This document shows, piece after piece, positions 14,260-27,837 of a stretch of 64,000 nucleotides of DNA (the first letter of the stretch is position 1; each line of letters opens with the position of its first letter). The stretch covers positions 2,592,106 to 2,656,105 of the forward strand of contig NW_002060950.1 of assembly GCF_000150275.1 (NCBI RefSeq), in the 5' to 3' direction. Both the position numbers and the translations under genes were made by a program. Source of the DNA: Trichoplax adhaerens (Eukaryota > Animalia > Placozoa). The notes under the pieces were generated by a model, which was not told where the DNA came from, ran no database searches, and worked only from the letters and a program-made list of their open reading frames with translations.

Positions 14260-15965
14260 AATATTCATAGGATAAATACCAGTAGCAGCTATTACTATAA
14301 TTATATTGAAGGGAAAACTGTAACCAGTTAGAGCGTAGATAGACGATCCAATTAGTTTAGTTGCTATAGTAAAGCAGAATAGGTAGAATAGATTCCTACT
14401 GATATTATAAATTTGTCAAATATTAAATGCGACATTTGAAAGGATACAGGGTCCATCATAACAGTAAGACCTTACAAAGGTTTCATAGGATAAATAATGC
14501 CTTTATTACGATTGCTATTCAAGGAAAAACTGTACCTAGTTGTAAAATAATTTGACGGCGTGATCTATTTGAGTAGTGTAATGATTTCAGCTAATTACGG
14601 TAGCTACGTGTTATAAATAGCTATAGTAAAGTAGAAAAGGTAGAATATACTAGCTTATCGAATATTATATTGCACTAAATAACGAAATCAGCGCTTAAGA
14701 ATTGCTGTCATGATATTTGAATTACAGTTTGCTGGGAACAGTCTTTATTGGAGATTGTAATTAGTAAAGGAAACTGCACCCAGTTATGGCGTAGTTAGAC
14801 GACGCGATATAGTTAAGTAGCTAATAGTAAAATAGAATATGTAATGCATGCAAGTTTGCTGTGCAATTTATAGTAATAGCTAATGAAATGGATGCTTAAG
14901 AATTGCGTTATGATATTTGAAGTACAGCTTATAGGTACTAGCCTTTATTACAGTTAAATTGAAGGAAAACTGTGCCTAGCTTTAGCGCAGTTAGATCACA
15001 CGATCTATTTGTATAGCTATAGTCAAACAGAATAGGTAAAGTATACAAGTTTACCGCGTAATTTGCAGTACTAACTAACAATATCGATGCTTAAGAAATG
15101 CTTTTACGATATAGAGAGCACAGTTTATTGGCACTAGCCTTAATTATACTTAGGTTTGAAGGGAAACTGTGTCTATTTGTAGCGTAGCGAGACGATGTAA
15201 TCTAGTCAAGTGGTTATAGTAAAATGGCAAAGATAAAGTATACAAGTTTGCCGTGTAACTTATAGTACTAACTAGCGATATCGATGCTCAAGAATTACTT
15301 TTACGATGTAGAAAGCATGGCTTACTGGTATGTCACAAACTAGCTTCGTGACAAGGATAACGTAAAATAAATCTCTAAATTACTATAGTCTCCGGGATTC
15401 AGTATCCCTACTCACAAGAATTTAGACGCCTTTGATTCTACGTTAAACTCAACCAGACAATTGAGAACTGCTTTATTCAACTATCTGACGGGCTTATATA
15501 CCCTTCTACAGCAGCTAACATTCACAAGTCATCTTATAAAAATACTTGGGTGAGAACATCTACTAACTAGTTTTTCACAGTCGGACTACAATATGTCCAT
15601 ACACAGAATCATTTCAGTACACATTACAGCACAGCAATAAATTTACTGTAACACATTTATAATTAGAGTAATTCCTATTGTAAGGAACTAGTTGTAATAT
15701 AATATCACTATATTATATTAACCAAATTTAGATAGCTATTTCTTCACGGTAGTTCTTACCGTGACATGGTACTAGTCTTTATTGCAGTTAGTATTGAAGG
15801 GAAAAGGGGCCAGTTATAGCGATGTTAAACGACACAATCTAGTGGTATAGCTATGATAAAATTGAATAGGTAAAGCTTATTATCGTATCATTTAACTTGT
15901 AGCACTAACTAACAAAATTGATGCTTAAGAATTGCAATGTAGTAAGCAAAACTTGCTGATACTAG
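14260..15965. repeat. Degenerate tandem array, about 6 units of ~195-250 bp, interrupted by the element at 15331-15766
   Basis: Recurring TTGAAGG(G/A)AAACTGT...AGCGTAG..AGACGA motif at about 14307, 14520, 14766, 14960, 15156, 15795. Confidence 0.85.
15331..15766 (-). mobile_element. Solo LTR-like element, family B
   Basis: TGTCACA...CGTGACA, TSD TGGTA; reverse complement of 25250-25691. Confidence 0.9.
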
Positions 15966-16763
15966 TGCTATGTTGAGAGAAAGATGATTTTATTACTAGC
16001 TATAAAGGATCAGGCAGAAAAATTAGGCTGTTTTGAATGGCATTGCATTATCAGTTTTTTTACTTCTATATCAGCTAAATTATCGATATCATTTATTTCA
16101 ATTTTAGATGCCTTATTGAAATATTTCCTGTAAATAGCTTGTGGCCATTTTCTTAACAAATACGAACAACTTTCCAACAATTCTCTTCGATATATGCCAA
16201 GGTTATAGCTAGATTTCTATATGATACCATCTGTAAAAGTTCTTACCATACGAATTTTAAAACCAAGTTGTACTGGATTATTTGTCGATTTTTTAAACGT
16301 CGTAATATCTTCAACAATAGTATATAAAATCTTCTTTCAACGTATTTATACATAAAATGATTGAAGTAAGAGTATTCAGTCAGCAACTTATTCACCTTAT
16401 TCATCCAACTGGTATTAAAATCTGGTAAAATCAGTCGATGTTCATATCGCCACAGATTCTAACAATTTCAAAAGCAATTAATCCAGATTTTAATTTTTTC
16501 TTAATAGTTCTTTAGTGCTTTAGGCACGCAAAGTGAGATCATCGTGGATATCGACTGAAAAAATCTTGCACTATTTTCTAAGCAAGACATTTATCCAATC
16601 TGCTTTTATATCTCTTAAGGTCAATACAATTTATTAGGTATCGACATTAATCATCAAAAACGGTTCAATATACGCAGCAACATCAATTGAGCAGATATTC
16701 TGTATTTGTCCTATTTACCGTGGATAGATAAATAGTTTCCATAACGGAATACTATCTAATGAA

Positions 16764-17840
16764 ATGAATGAATTAAAAGTCAAGTACACTTGCGAGAATT
16801 ATAGCAGCACCTTACTCGTTAATATAACTTACGAGTATATTCCTACCGAAGAGGCCTTAACATTAACAGTAGTTGTTTTAATATTTTTACTAACATCACT
16901 CGTTGGCAATATTGCTGCTGTTGTAGTAGTTTATCGTAATCGCTATCTGCATGATCCCTCCGGTATACTAATAGGTGCTTTAGCAGTTTCTGATATTGGC
17001 GTGGGATTTTCTAGTGTTATTTCCACCATAATCTATGATAATCCTTGCTCAAGACTAAATCATGCAGTTTGTGTATTTCTCGCTTTCATGTCAAGTTCAT
17101 TTATCGGCTCTACATACTCAGCTATAGCAGGTATTACAGTGGATCGTTGCATTGCAATCTGTAAACCTTTACATTATCGACAATATGTTACAAACACCAG
17201 AATAATTCAGATTCTTCTTTTCAATTGGTTGTGTATTCTTGCTCTAGCAGCTCTACCGATTATGGGATTACAACAATATGGTATAGGAAAATATGAATAT
17301 GTTCCCTATTTAACGTCGTGTTGGATTGATATTACTGCATATAGTAAAAATTACTTGGCTATTATTGTTTTTTACTTGCCTGTCTTCTCAATACTGATAC
17401 TTGTCATGATATGCTATGTTATAATTCTTCTCAAAGCAAATAGTACTTTTAAACGAATGGCAATTTCAGGTTGGATCTATAATGAAAATAAGCAATTACT
17501 GAAGAAATCAACGCGAACGACTATTATTGTTGTGGGTGTCTTTTTTATATGTACAACTCCAGGCCTTGCATTAACATTTGCTACGCTAGTTAATCAAGGA
17601 TCTGTTGTGTCTGGTAAAGCCTATAAATATTTATTAAATTGGGGAATATACGTCAATATTACGGTTAATCCTTTATTATTTGGTTTCTCTCATAAAGATT
17701 TTAGACATGGCTATCATGAAATATGTTCACATTTTTACTCAAAAAAATCAAAAATTTCTGATATCAGTCTACCGATACGACCATCTGTCAATCCTTCAAT
17801 ATTATCGGGATATAATTTAGTTCAAAATAGTACACTTTAA
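16764..17840 (+). CDS. Orphan class A (rhodopsin-family) GPCR, single coding exon, 358 aa
   Basis: Seven hydrophobic segments; TM1 GN, TM2 LAVSD, TM3 DRC, ICL2 KPLHY, ECL2 SCWID, TM6 CTTP, TM7 NPLLF, helix 8 HKDFR. Confidence 0.95.
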   Translation: MNELKVKYTCENYSSTLLVNITYEYIPTEEALTLTVVVLIFLLTSLVGNIAAVVVVYRNRYLHDPSGILIGALAVSDIGVGFSSVISTIIYDNPCSRLNHAVCVFLAFMSSSFIGSTYSAIAGITVDRCIAICKPLHYRQYVTNTRIIQILLFNWLCILALAALPIMGLQQYGIGKYEYVPYLTSCWIDITAYSKNYLAIIVFYLPVFSILILVMICYVIILLKANSTFKRMAISGWIYNENKQLLKKSTRTTIIVVGVFFICTTPGLALTFATLVNQGSVVSGKAYKYLLNWGIYVNITVNPLLFGFSHKDFRHGYHEICSHFYSKKSKISDISLPIRPSVNPSILSGYNLVQNSTL

Positions 17841-18747
17841 ATTACAATCAAAATACGATCAGAATGCAATACAGATAATATCTTCATAATAAACTAAGAT
17901 CTGTGGTGTGCTTTAATGTAAAAATTATCATTTTATACAAAGTTTAAGCTACTTGATTTTCGATGAGCAAATTAAAATACTGTATAGGAGAAATCATTTA
18001 AATTGAATGTTGTTGTAATTATACGTCAACACGCGCTATTTAATGTCCTTACTGATCATGGATGTATAAAGATACCAGTATTTTTAATGTCTTTATTGCG
18101 AAAATATGATCAAGACTATATTCCTAAATCCAACAGTTGTAGGTAATATAATGATGTTAAAGTTGGAGTACAATACTAAGCTACAGTATACTAAATTTAT
18201 TCAAGTCACACTTATCCAAAATATCCGCTAGAATAAAATATAAGATACGTATATAAAATTGAACTAATAACTTATATTCATTGATATACAGTTTATTTAA
18301 ACCAATAACAATAATGAATAGCGTTACTGCTAGAGATATTGCAATGATTAATCAAATCTTATCAGCTATTTAAATTGCAATCCTTACATGAAATAAGTGG
18401 TGGATAATTTTTTTAGCTTATCTCGTAATCTGTCTAATTTATATAATAGCAAATACCGGTATTTAGGCTATTTATTTCGGTACTAGTACTTTTACTGGAA
18501 CAAGATGATACAGGTCCTCTCGATTACTGATATGAAAATTAAAATCTGGTCTTTTAGTAGAATTTAACACTTCATGCATTTCTAAATGAAAAAGTGTCTT
18601 TTCAATTGCGATATATATTAATAAATAATCACCAAGCTTAATAAATTTGAATTCTTATGATACTGATAGAAATTGGTAGCCTCTGGTCTCTTGGATAATG
18701 TTTGACGCAGGAATAAATATAATTTAGTCGTATATTCGTTAAGCATA

Positions 18748-19380
18748 TGTCACAAAACAGCTTTGCAACAAGATAACGCAATATACGATCAATAAGTCAA
18801 TTCCTTGAACCACGTATCAAGGAACGATATCTGCACTATCACAAACACTTTTGCTCTACTAGCAGACTACACAAAGACTTAAACGCCTCGTATTTTACGT
18901 TAAACACTAAGTTAGACAATTCTTCTTTATTTCACGATATACTGCATTTATATACTATTCCTCAATAGTTCATGAGTCATAGTTAATACAATTAACATTA
19001 GAATCATTTACTGAATTAGATATTAATTTTAGCTACTGCTCCCTTAATGCAGACAACAGTATTTACGAACATAGACATGTAATGACTAATACAGAATAGT
19101 CAGATTACGATATGTCCTATCACGGAACATTTCCATGATAATTTACAGTCTACCATAAGTAAATTACAATCACAATGATTCGAACTGTAAGCAGATGATT
19201 TGCATTCCCTATTATAACTATTATAATTTCAGTATGTGTATAAGTGTCACTGTCATAAAAAGTCAGTGCTATATTAAAATACAGTATATCCAAATTAGAA
19301 GTTAACTAAATAAGGATAGTCTAACAGAATTATCCTAACATAGTTATTTCTACTGTAATACAGTATTTAACACTGTAACA
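18748..19380 (-). mobile_element. Solo LTR-like element, family A
   Basis: TGTCACA...TGTAACA, perfect 5-bp TSD GCATA; four copies in the window. Confidence 0.9.
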
Positions 19381-20149
19381 GCATAATATAGTAATAATTT
19401 TTAGCTAAAATTTTAGATTTAAAAATATTTAAGGACTTAGATTCGTTACAAAAATTTTCGTAATAAATTGGTCGAACAGAAAGAGTTAAACTGATTCTTA
19501 TACCTTGAATTTACTGTTAGCAATTTCCTACGATATGCAAACATAGTACGATTATAAGATAAAATAACTCATAGTAAGATCTTTTTCGTACGTTTTAAAA
19601 TTTTTATACGAATTTATAAAAGTATAGTATTATCAACAAGTACCAGGTTAGCTAATGTCAGTATTGAGATCCATGCACAGCGCACTCTATACATTTCTAT
19701 TCTATTCTGGATAAAATCTGCAAATATAATTAAATTATATATTATAGATTGTTTCTGATATAGCAATTGACCGATAACAAATGATCTATTAAGCTACTAA
19801 CTAAAAGCATAAACTTTAAACCATCAATAAAGATTAAAATTGAGAACAGTAATTTAAGATACTGTCCATTTCAAAGAAAAAATAATTCTTTGTTAGCTGA
19901 AAGCACCATTAGCTACGGTAGTCGCAGTGGATCAATTTACCTGTAGGCATTTCTCTCTAACAGATATCTCATTGCACATTTCTCTTTTTCAACACTGATA
20001 ATTAATAAAGTACATACCTCAAGAAAAGAAAATAGTGATAACTCATGACGCTGCAATTGAAGTTCAATGAATTCTATCAACGAGTTTATTGCCAAAAACA
20101 ACTCCACTTCCTGTACCTTATAACTTTTACTCTGGAGGTTTTAGTGAAA

Positions 20150-20600
20150 GATTAATGAAATTTATTTTAACTAAAGTTATAGTTTACATCGCTTGATTGA
20201 AACGAATACAATTATATTCCTTTCAAGATCATAAATTTGGAAAAAAGATTTTTAACCTTTCAGAAAAAGATTTATTGAAGAACATTTTAACGTAAGCTGT
20301 AGTTTAAATTACGTTGGTTGAAATGAATGTTATCATATTCCCTTCAAGATCAAAAATTGGGGAAAATAGATTCCTTACCTTACCGATAAAGATCGATGAA
20401 AAAAATTTTAACTGAAGGTAAGCTTTAAATGGTCTGACTGAAATGAATGCAATCATATTCCTTTCAGTATCAATATTAAAAAGTAGATTGTTTACGTTAA
20501 CGAAAAAGACTAATGAAATAGATATTTAACTAAAGCCATAGTTTATATCGCCTCGATTAAAATTAATGCAATCATATTCCTTTCAAATTTCAACATCAAA
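20150..20600. repeat. Degenerate tandem repeat, ~120 bp x about 4
   Basis: ATCATATTCC(C/T)TTCA at about 20211, 20332, 20452, 20571. Confidence 0.85.
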
Positions 20601-21076
20601 ATGACTTAAAGAATATATCATTTAAGTTACTGATATATAAGATAATGAGCAAAATTTTATTTAATTGTAAAAATGTATCTACGATTTCTAGATATCGCAG
20701 ACCAAAAAATTCCTATTCTAGACTTTGTAAAAGGAAACTTATCTAAACTGCAGCACTACTTTATTTCGTATATGGAATGTTCAGCAATTTCTCTTACACG
20801 CGGAAATTTAAAACCTCCTATAATGCTTATTTACTATATTTGTATATCCTCAGATTATCAAAGGATATCTTTAAACTTGAAATAGTAATGTCTGAATAGT
20901 ATAAATCATATCTTTAAATGATAAATAATCTTCCCGCGCAAAGTGGTGCTTTAAGTTTCTAGATTATATTATCTACTTTAAAGTTAATATAGCCATTTAG
21001 TCGTATTGAAGTGCACGTATTCGATTTTAATTTAGCAGGCCATCGCCTTCAGCTTTTATTGCTGGAAGAACCGAAA

Positions 21077-21690
21077 TGTTACGGAGCAATTTAGGGATTG
21101 ACTAAATCCCCTATTTATCCTCTATTAAAATTTCGAGGACTGTTGAGGAAATGGAAGAATCATTCAATGATACTAAGAAAGCACAATGTCTCGGACAAAC
21201 TAACACGCAGACTTAAAATGACTAAATTTAGCAAATTTAACATTAATATATGGAGATTACATTTAGCTGCTTACAGGAGGAAGCAGTGAAGCTATAATCT
21301 GTTATAATGAATCATGTGTTGTACTGTAATAAAATTCTTATATAGCAATTGAATATAGTACATGCTCTTGTAGCTGAAATTCTAACTAATTGTAGATTGT
21401 TGGTATCTTGATATGACTCTAAGAATGGACATATTGCAGTCCGATTATGTAAAATCAGTCAGTAGATGACCATGTTGATATTTATTGAAATAGGATGCTT
21501 CATTAATGTTAGCTACCGCTGAAAGATATATAAGTTCGGCAGATAGTTGAATAAAATCAGTTCTCTAATTTTGTATCTTAGAAGCAAAGGCGTCTAAGTT
21601 CTTGTGAATAGTTAATGGATACTAAATTTAGGAAACTTTAGAAATTTAGAAATTTTTTCGTAAACCTTGTCGCAATGCTGGTTTGTGACA
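21077..21690 (+). mobile_element. Diverged B/C-related solo LTR-like element; 5' boundary uncertain
   Basis: 21310-21690 is homologous to families B/C and ends GGTTTGTGACA; candidate start TGTTACGG at 21077 has no matching TSD. Confidence 0.6.
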
Positions 21691-24600
21691 CCTATCGTCT
21701 AAAATCCATTTGAGTTTTCATAGATACCATACAGCACTATTTATGGATTATAAAAATTGCTAATGTATAAAGTTTAGATGCTACTAAAAATTTAATATAT
21801 ATTGCAAGGCTCCCAGATACACTTTAGGCTAATGTTGGTTAGCATACTTAAAGATCTGATTAGCTTTACTTTTAGGGCATTATCAGCTGTATTAATATCA
21901 TGTCTACGTAAACTAGCTGTTGTTGATAATAGAATTCCTGTTATGGATACGTGTATGTTAATATTCGTGATGTATTAACAATTCCTTTAGCATAATCTCA
22001 GCTTAACTATATCCCTTTTCTAAATTAAATGAGAGCAAGTCCAAGTTGTGATTTCAAACTGTAATTTAATGTATCAGATTTAGTATTAATATATCATTCT
22101 ATTGTGTAATTTCTTCACATGCTAAGATGAAACGGTTAGGGTCTAGGCGGGTCTAGGATTAATCACATTGCCTACAAGTTCAATAGTTGTTATGACTATA
22201 AATAATTTTTACCGCATTGTCTTTGCTAGCGTCATATAGATTACATTGCGAATGTGAACATTGATTGTAAGAAATAAGTTGATGACTAGAGCAGAAATGG
22301 ATGAATTAATAACTTATGTTCCGACTTTAAAAAATTTTTCAAACAGCCATGCAAGACAATCTCAATCCTAAAAGAAACAAAGTATTGATCGAATGAAAAA
22401 AATAATACTTAACCTCAAATTGCTACTAGTTCTCCTTTCGTTTGAAAGCAGGCTTAGAATTTAATCAATTGTCTTATTGTATTATCAATAAAGTTCCGGC
22501 CGTTATGAAGTAAAGCAGAAACAAATTTACGAGAAATGTTTGTCGCAATAATAGTATCAATTTTATAAAATAGCTAGTTGATAATTATATGACATCAGAA
22601 AGTCGTCTCGCTTGAATAATTTTAAATGATAACAATACTTTATTAATATCATTAGATGTTTTAAAAAATCTAGCACAAAATTCATTCAATGACTGAAATT
22701 AAATACTTATTTTCGGCAAAGAAATGATATTTCTTAGAAAAAGGAATGATGTCAGACAGTCAATTATAATTATTATCTACGACCAATTAATACTCAACGT
22801 TATATTCTAATAGAATTAATTTTAAAATCATTAGCTTGCTTTTTAACAACAAAATGATGATTAAGCAATCTAGCAGAAACTGTATTTATTGTTTAGTATG
22901 GACTGTCTTGAGTTGCTGTGCAGAATAAAATTCTTTATAGTGATATAAGAATTAAGAATATCAAGAAAATTTGGAAAGGTTTTAATGCAATTTAGATAAT
23001 ATATCATTCTCAATGCCGCTAGTTGGAGATTAGTTTACTATATTATTTTGTAGCGGAATATTAACAATTTAATTAGGTAGACGATGTAGAAACAATATGC
23101 CATGAGCACGACGACTATCGAATAACAAATGATTCAAGACATACTGTAGATTACTTATTTACAATAGAATGACCTCTAATTTAGTCTATATGTATGTCAA
23201 GGAGTGATATTAGTGATACTGTATTGATTTTGTTTACTATTAGTTGCTAATTATTAGTATCAAAAGCTATATAAAGCTGAACAGTAATTTAGCAGTTCAG
23301 TTCCACTGTTGTTGTTGTACAGAGAGATACCTACCTTCGCCTATAAAATTAATTTACTATTTCTATTAGAATTGCTTTATACTTAAGTAGTTGTATCTTA
23401 CAATAGATCTCCATCAGTAAAAAGGAAGTATAGCTATTCTAGTAGATTAGTATCGCTCACAAATTTACCAAAGAATAGTTTATAAAAGAAATTGTGACAA
23501 TGTAATTAAATACTTTACGAATTACCTGGGTGCTTTACAAAAATAGATTCGGTAAAGCTTAAAAGTGATCACGTAACAGACATATAGCTAATCGTTTTAA
23601 TAAAAATGTGAAGGAAAAGAACGATTCAATTCTGGTCAAGATATAAATCAAAATTTTGTAATGTAAGAAACTTTAAACTACTACAGAAAACTATAACTAC
23701 GAGTCTATCATCAGGTATGTCCTCAGTGACATCTACCCACTACATAATGACGATCTTCTATCGTCAGGAGAAACAATAACATCACCAGTATCTCTCAAAC
23801 AATCCTAAATTCAAACTTTATTGAAAAATCATTCAATTTATAGTCAATCGGCATAAAGAGTACAGTATTTATTAGTAAATAGATAACATAAATCTATGCA
23901 CCTATCCATTTAAAATATCTCAAATAGATGTCAAATGTTGTAGATAAATTAATGTCAACACATTCCTGTACAAGTAATCTTGAGGAAACTATGTTAAGGC
24001 AACAATACAAAAGTTACTCAATAACAGATCGCATTATTAACAACTGCCTAGATTGTAATTTAAAATACTTTAAACTGCATCTGATACTGCTTTTGATAAA
24101 GAACCTACTGTACTGTATCCAAGTATTGAGAAGAGCAAGCCTATTGGTAAGCTGGTGATATGAAAATATTCTTGTAGCAAACTTTTGTTTGCAACTAGAA
24201 CTGATAATTCAATAATTTCAAAATTACCAAGTACGTTATTGTGGTGTTCGTTCACTTTCAAAATAGCTTAGCGGATTTTTAGCCAATTTAAGCTATTCTA
24301 GAACAGTAAATCTAGATTTTATAGCTAATACTTTATACTAATTATTATTAAGATAGGTTGATATACCGTTAGTATATTCGATATTGGTAATTGCTTGAGG
24401 TCGTAAAACTTAATAGGATAAATTTATCTTAGCATACAAGAGTCTGATTTAAAAAGGTTATATTAAGATTAAAATATTGAGCATAATTAGTAGCGGTGGA
24501 GGTATATAAAGAATAGCGAAGGCCATATTTTCCTTCCTAAAGCATATTGAAGAGTTTAAAGATATATGCCTGTAATATGGTCCTAGATTAATGAACGGGA

Positions 24601-24798
24601 GTTGAGCAATAGAAGTAGAATTTTATTATACTTCTTGATCTTCCGCTTTCTAATATAAAGCCAAAATGGCGCTTGAGTTATTTTATAATCAACAAGAGTA
24701 GAAATAAGTTCAAAAAATTACTTAACGAGACGCAGCTCCTCAAATTCGGAAAATTAGAGTTGTAGATTTTGCGCTGTCTAGTCATCAAGTTGTAACGC

Positions 24799-25875
24799 TG
24801 TCACAAAACAGCTTTGCAACAAGATAACGTAATGCACGATCAATAAGTCAATTCCTTGAACCAAGTATCAAGGAAAGATATCTGCACTATCAGAAACGCT
24901 TTTACTCTACTAGCAGACTACGTAAAGACTTAAACGCCTCGTATTTTACGTTAAACACTAAGTTTGAGAATCCACTTTATTACACGATATACTACATTTA
25001 CATGCTCTTCCTCAATAGTTCATGAGTTATAGTTAGTACGATTAACTTTGAAATCATTCACTAAATTAGATATTAATTTTAGCTACTGCTCCCTTAATGC
25101 AGACAAGAGTATTTACGATCATAGACATCTAATGACTAATACAGAATAGTCAGATTGCGATATGTCCTATCACGGAACATTTCCATGATAATTTACAATC
25201 TACCATAAGTAAGTTACAATCACAATGATTCGAATTGTAAGTAGATGATTGTCATGGTACAAACTACAGTGAAGAAATAGATATCTAAATTTGGTAAATA
25301 TAATATAGTGATAATATATTACAACTAGTTCCTTATAATAGGAATTACTCTAATTACAAATGTGTTGCGGTAAATTTAATGCTGTGCTGTAATGTGCACT
25401 GAAATGATTCTGTGAATGGACATGTTGTAGTCCGACTGTGAAAAATTAGTTAGTAGATGTTCTCTCCTAAGTATTTTTATAAGATGACTCATGAATGTTA
25501 GCTGCTGTAGAAGGGTGTATAAGCCCGTCAGATAGTTGAATAAAGCAGTTCTCAATTGTCTAGTTGAGTTTAACGTAGAATCAAAGGCGTCTAAATTCTT
25601 GTGAGGTAGTTAAGGGATACTGAATCCCGGAGACTATAGTAATTTAGAGATTTGTTTTACGTTATCTTTGTCACGAAGCTGGTTTGTGACAATGATTTGC
25701 ATTCCCTATTATAACTATTAATTTCAGTATGTGTATATGTGTCTCTGTTATAAAAAGTCAGTGCTATATTACGACACAGTATATCCAAATTGGAAGTTAA
25801 CTAAATAAGGATAGGCTAACAGAATTATCCTAACATAGATATTTCTACTCTAATACTGTATATAACACTGTGACA
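24799..25875 (-). mobile_element. Solo LTR-like element, family A, interrupted by a family B copy
   Basis: TGTCACA...TGTGACA, TSD AACGC; collinear with the other A copies once 25250-25696 is removed. Confidence 0.9.
25250..25691 (+). mobile_element. Solo LTR-like element, family B, nested in family A
   Basis: TGTCATG...TGTGACA, TSD ATGAT; TATAA at about 25518, AATAAA at about 25539. Confidence 0.9.
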
Positions 25876-27837
25876 AACGCTGAACTAATTTTATAGCTAA
25901 AAATTTTTGGTCTATTCGCGCAAAGTCGGAAAGTGATTGCAAACGCCAATATTGATGCGATCATTCCTAATTCTTTATTGGACAATTTCAAACAAAAGTA
26001 GCTATATCCTCCACGATAACAATTTATGACCTTGCTCTAGTGCTATTTACACAATATGTAAATAGAAGTCTGGTCATTACTGAACAGAAAACCTAATTTT
26101 GATGACAAATCTATCCAGGCATAATTAATTTGTAAGATTTACTGGTTTGCAGAAATCATCTCACTAGTATCTTTCACAGTTTTATATCAAAGATGGTATA
26201 TGACTTGCTCATGCCGTAAATTATGATCCAATTTCAATAAAAGCATTTATCCTTTGCTATTTATAACTTGGGCTCAAGGCACGGCTAATTTTTTACCAAA
26301 ACTGGCAATAAAGGCATTTCTATGTCTACTTTATTAATATAATCTCAATAACTTTGTTAAAAATTAGCAATCACTACCGTGCTCTGAAACTATTTTTCTT
26401 TTAGAAGGTTAATATTCGGAAAATATTATTATATGAATATGAGTATAAGAATTTACAATAAAATAGAGTATTAATGTTTACGACAATAATTTCGGACCAA
26501 TTTTATTTACCTTTAACATTTTACCGACTTCTAATCATCCGAATTATAGTCATTTGGTTGCTGTACGGATGTCATCGCATTCTAACCTTGTCATTTGTAG
26601 CCCAATGGAAAACAGTAAGACATTTTACGAAATTATATTAATAGATCATTATTACGCAGTTTCATATTGGCGGTGATAGTCATTGTTAATGCTAGAAGAT
26701 ATTCTGTCGATTAGTTTCAATTTCATGAAATTATCTCCAACATTACGTAAAATATGAGCAATAACAAAATGTCATCTTAAATAAGCCAGTATATTCGATC
26801 CATTCTTAACTGTTATAAATATTAACCGTTTTTTAACAGATACAGTATGTCCAAGACATTCCTTGAACGCGTATATTATCGAAATACTGATGGCCTAAAT
26901 GGCAATTATTTTAGATGCCTGCAATATACGTACAGCTACATTCTATTCACTTAAAGACATTTCTTAATGAAAAACATTTCAATGCTAATCTAAAATTTAG
27001 GTTACTGAAAATATTATTTTTCTAGATAGCTGAAATACTCAAAAACTTGTGTGAATTTATCAGGCTTGAAACTCTTCGAAAAAATTTTCAGTTGTAGCAA
27101 TTAAATATCGCTATAAATAAAATTTGTGAAATAAATCTGTTAACTGTATCATATTAAAGTTAATTCATTGTTCTTATACATTCAATGCATAAATAAGCTT
27201 ATAAAAAATGATTTACTACAACTAATAACTGTTTCTAATCTCAATCGTTACGACAGTCTAGCCAGTTTAACAGAAACGGTTGTTTCGATTAATTCTAGTC
27301 ACGTATTGTGTTTTTTGTTAAGATATTAACATGTGGAGCTGAAGAAATTAAGCTATATTTAGCTGATTATCATTTACCTTTAGATCAATTGTTTCGTGAC
27401 CTTTATTATTATCATTAATATGAAGATTTCTTTACTCATTAAACGTGTTAATCATCCACTACAATGGTAATGGAGGCTCTCATTATAGTAAAATAATCGA
27501 GCGTTAACGTCAAAGTTCTCAGATCTTAGTCTTCATTCTTTTATTTCATTTAATCTATTCAATGGCGACTTTAGAATAAATACGATTATTCACTATTTCA
27601 ATTGTCATTATTATCTCTCTAAATTAACTCTACTATCCTTGTATTTCTTTTATTTCGCTTAGTTATTATTTCAGATCACAATATATCGAATCATTAGATT
27701 ATGACGGGATAAATCAATGAATACGATTTTTGAACATGAGAAATAAAATATTTACCAATCTTTTATTCTCATAAAGCCTTCATACGATTGTTATTGGCCA
27801 TAAGTAATGTTGTAATTACTTATGGTAGTATAAAACC

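Noticed and set aside
14260-20600. Tandem arrays as CRISPR-like loci
   Set aside because: Whole units are homologous with no unique spacers; eukaryotic context and no cas genes.
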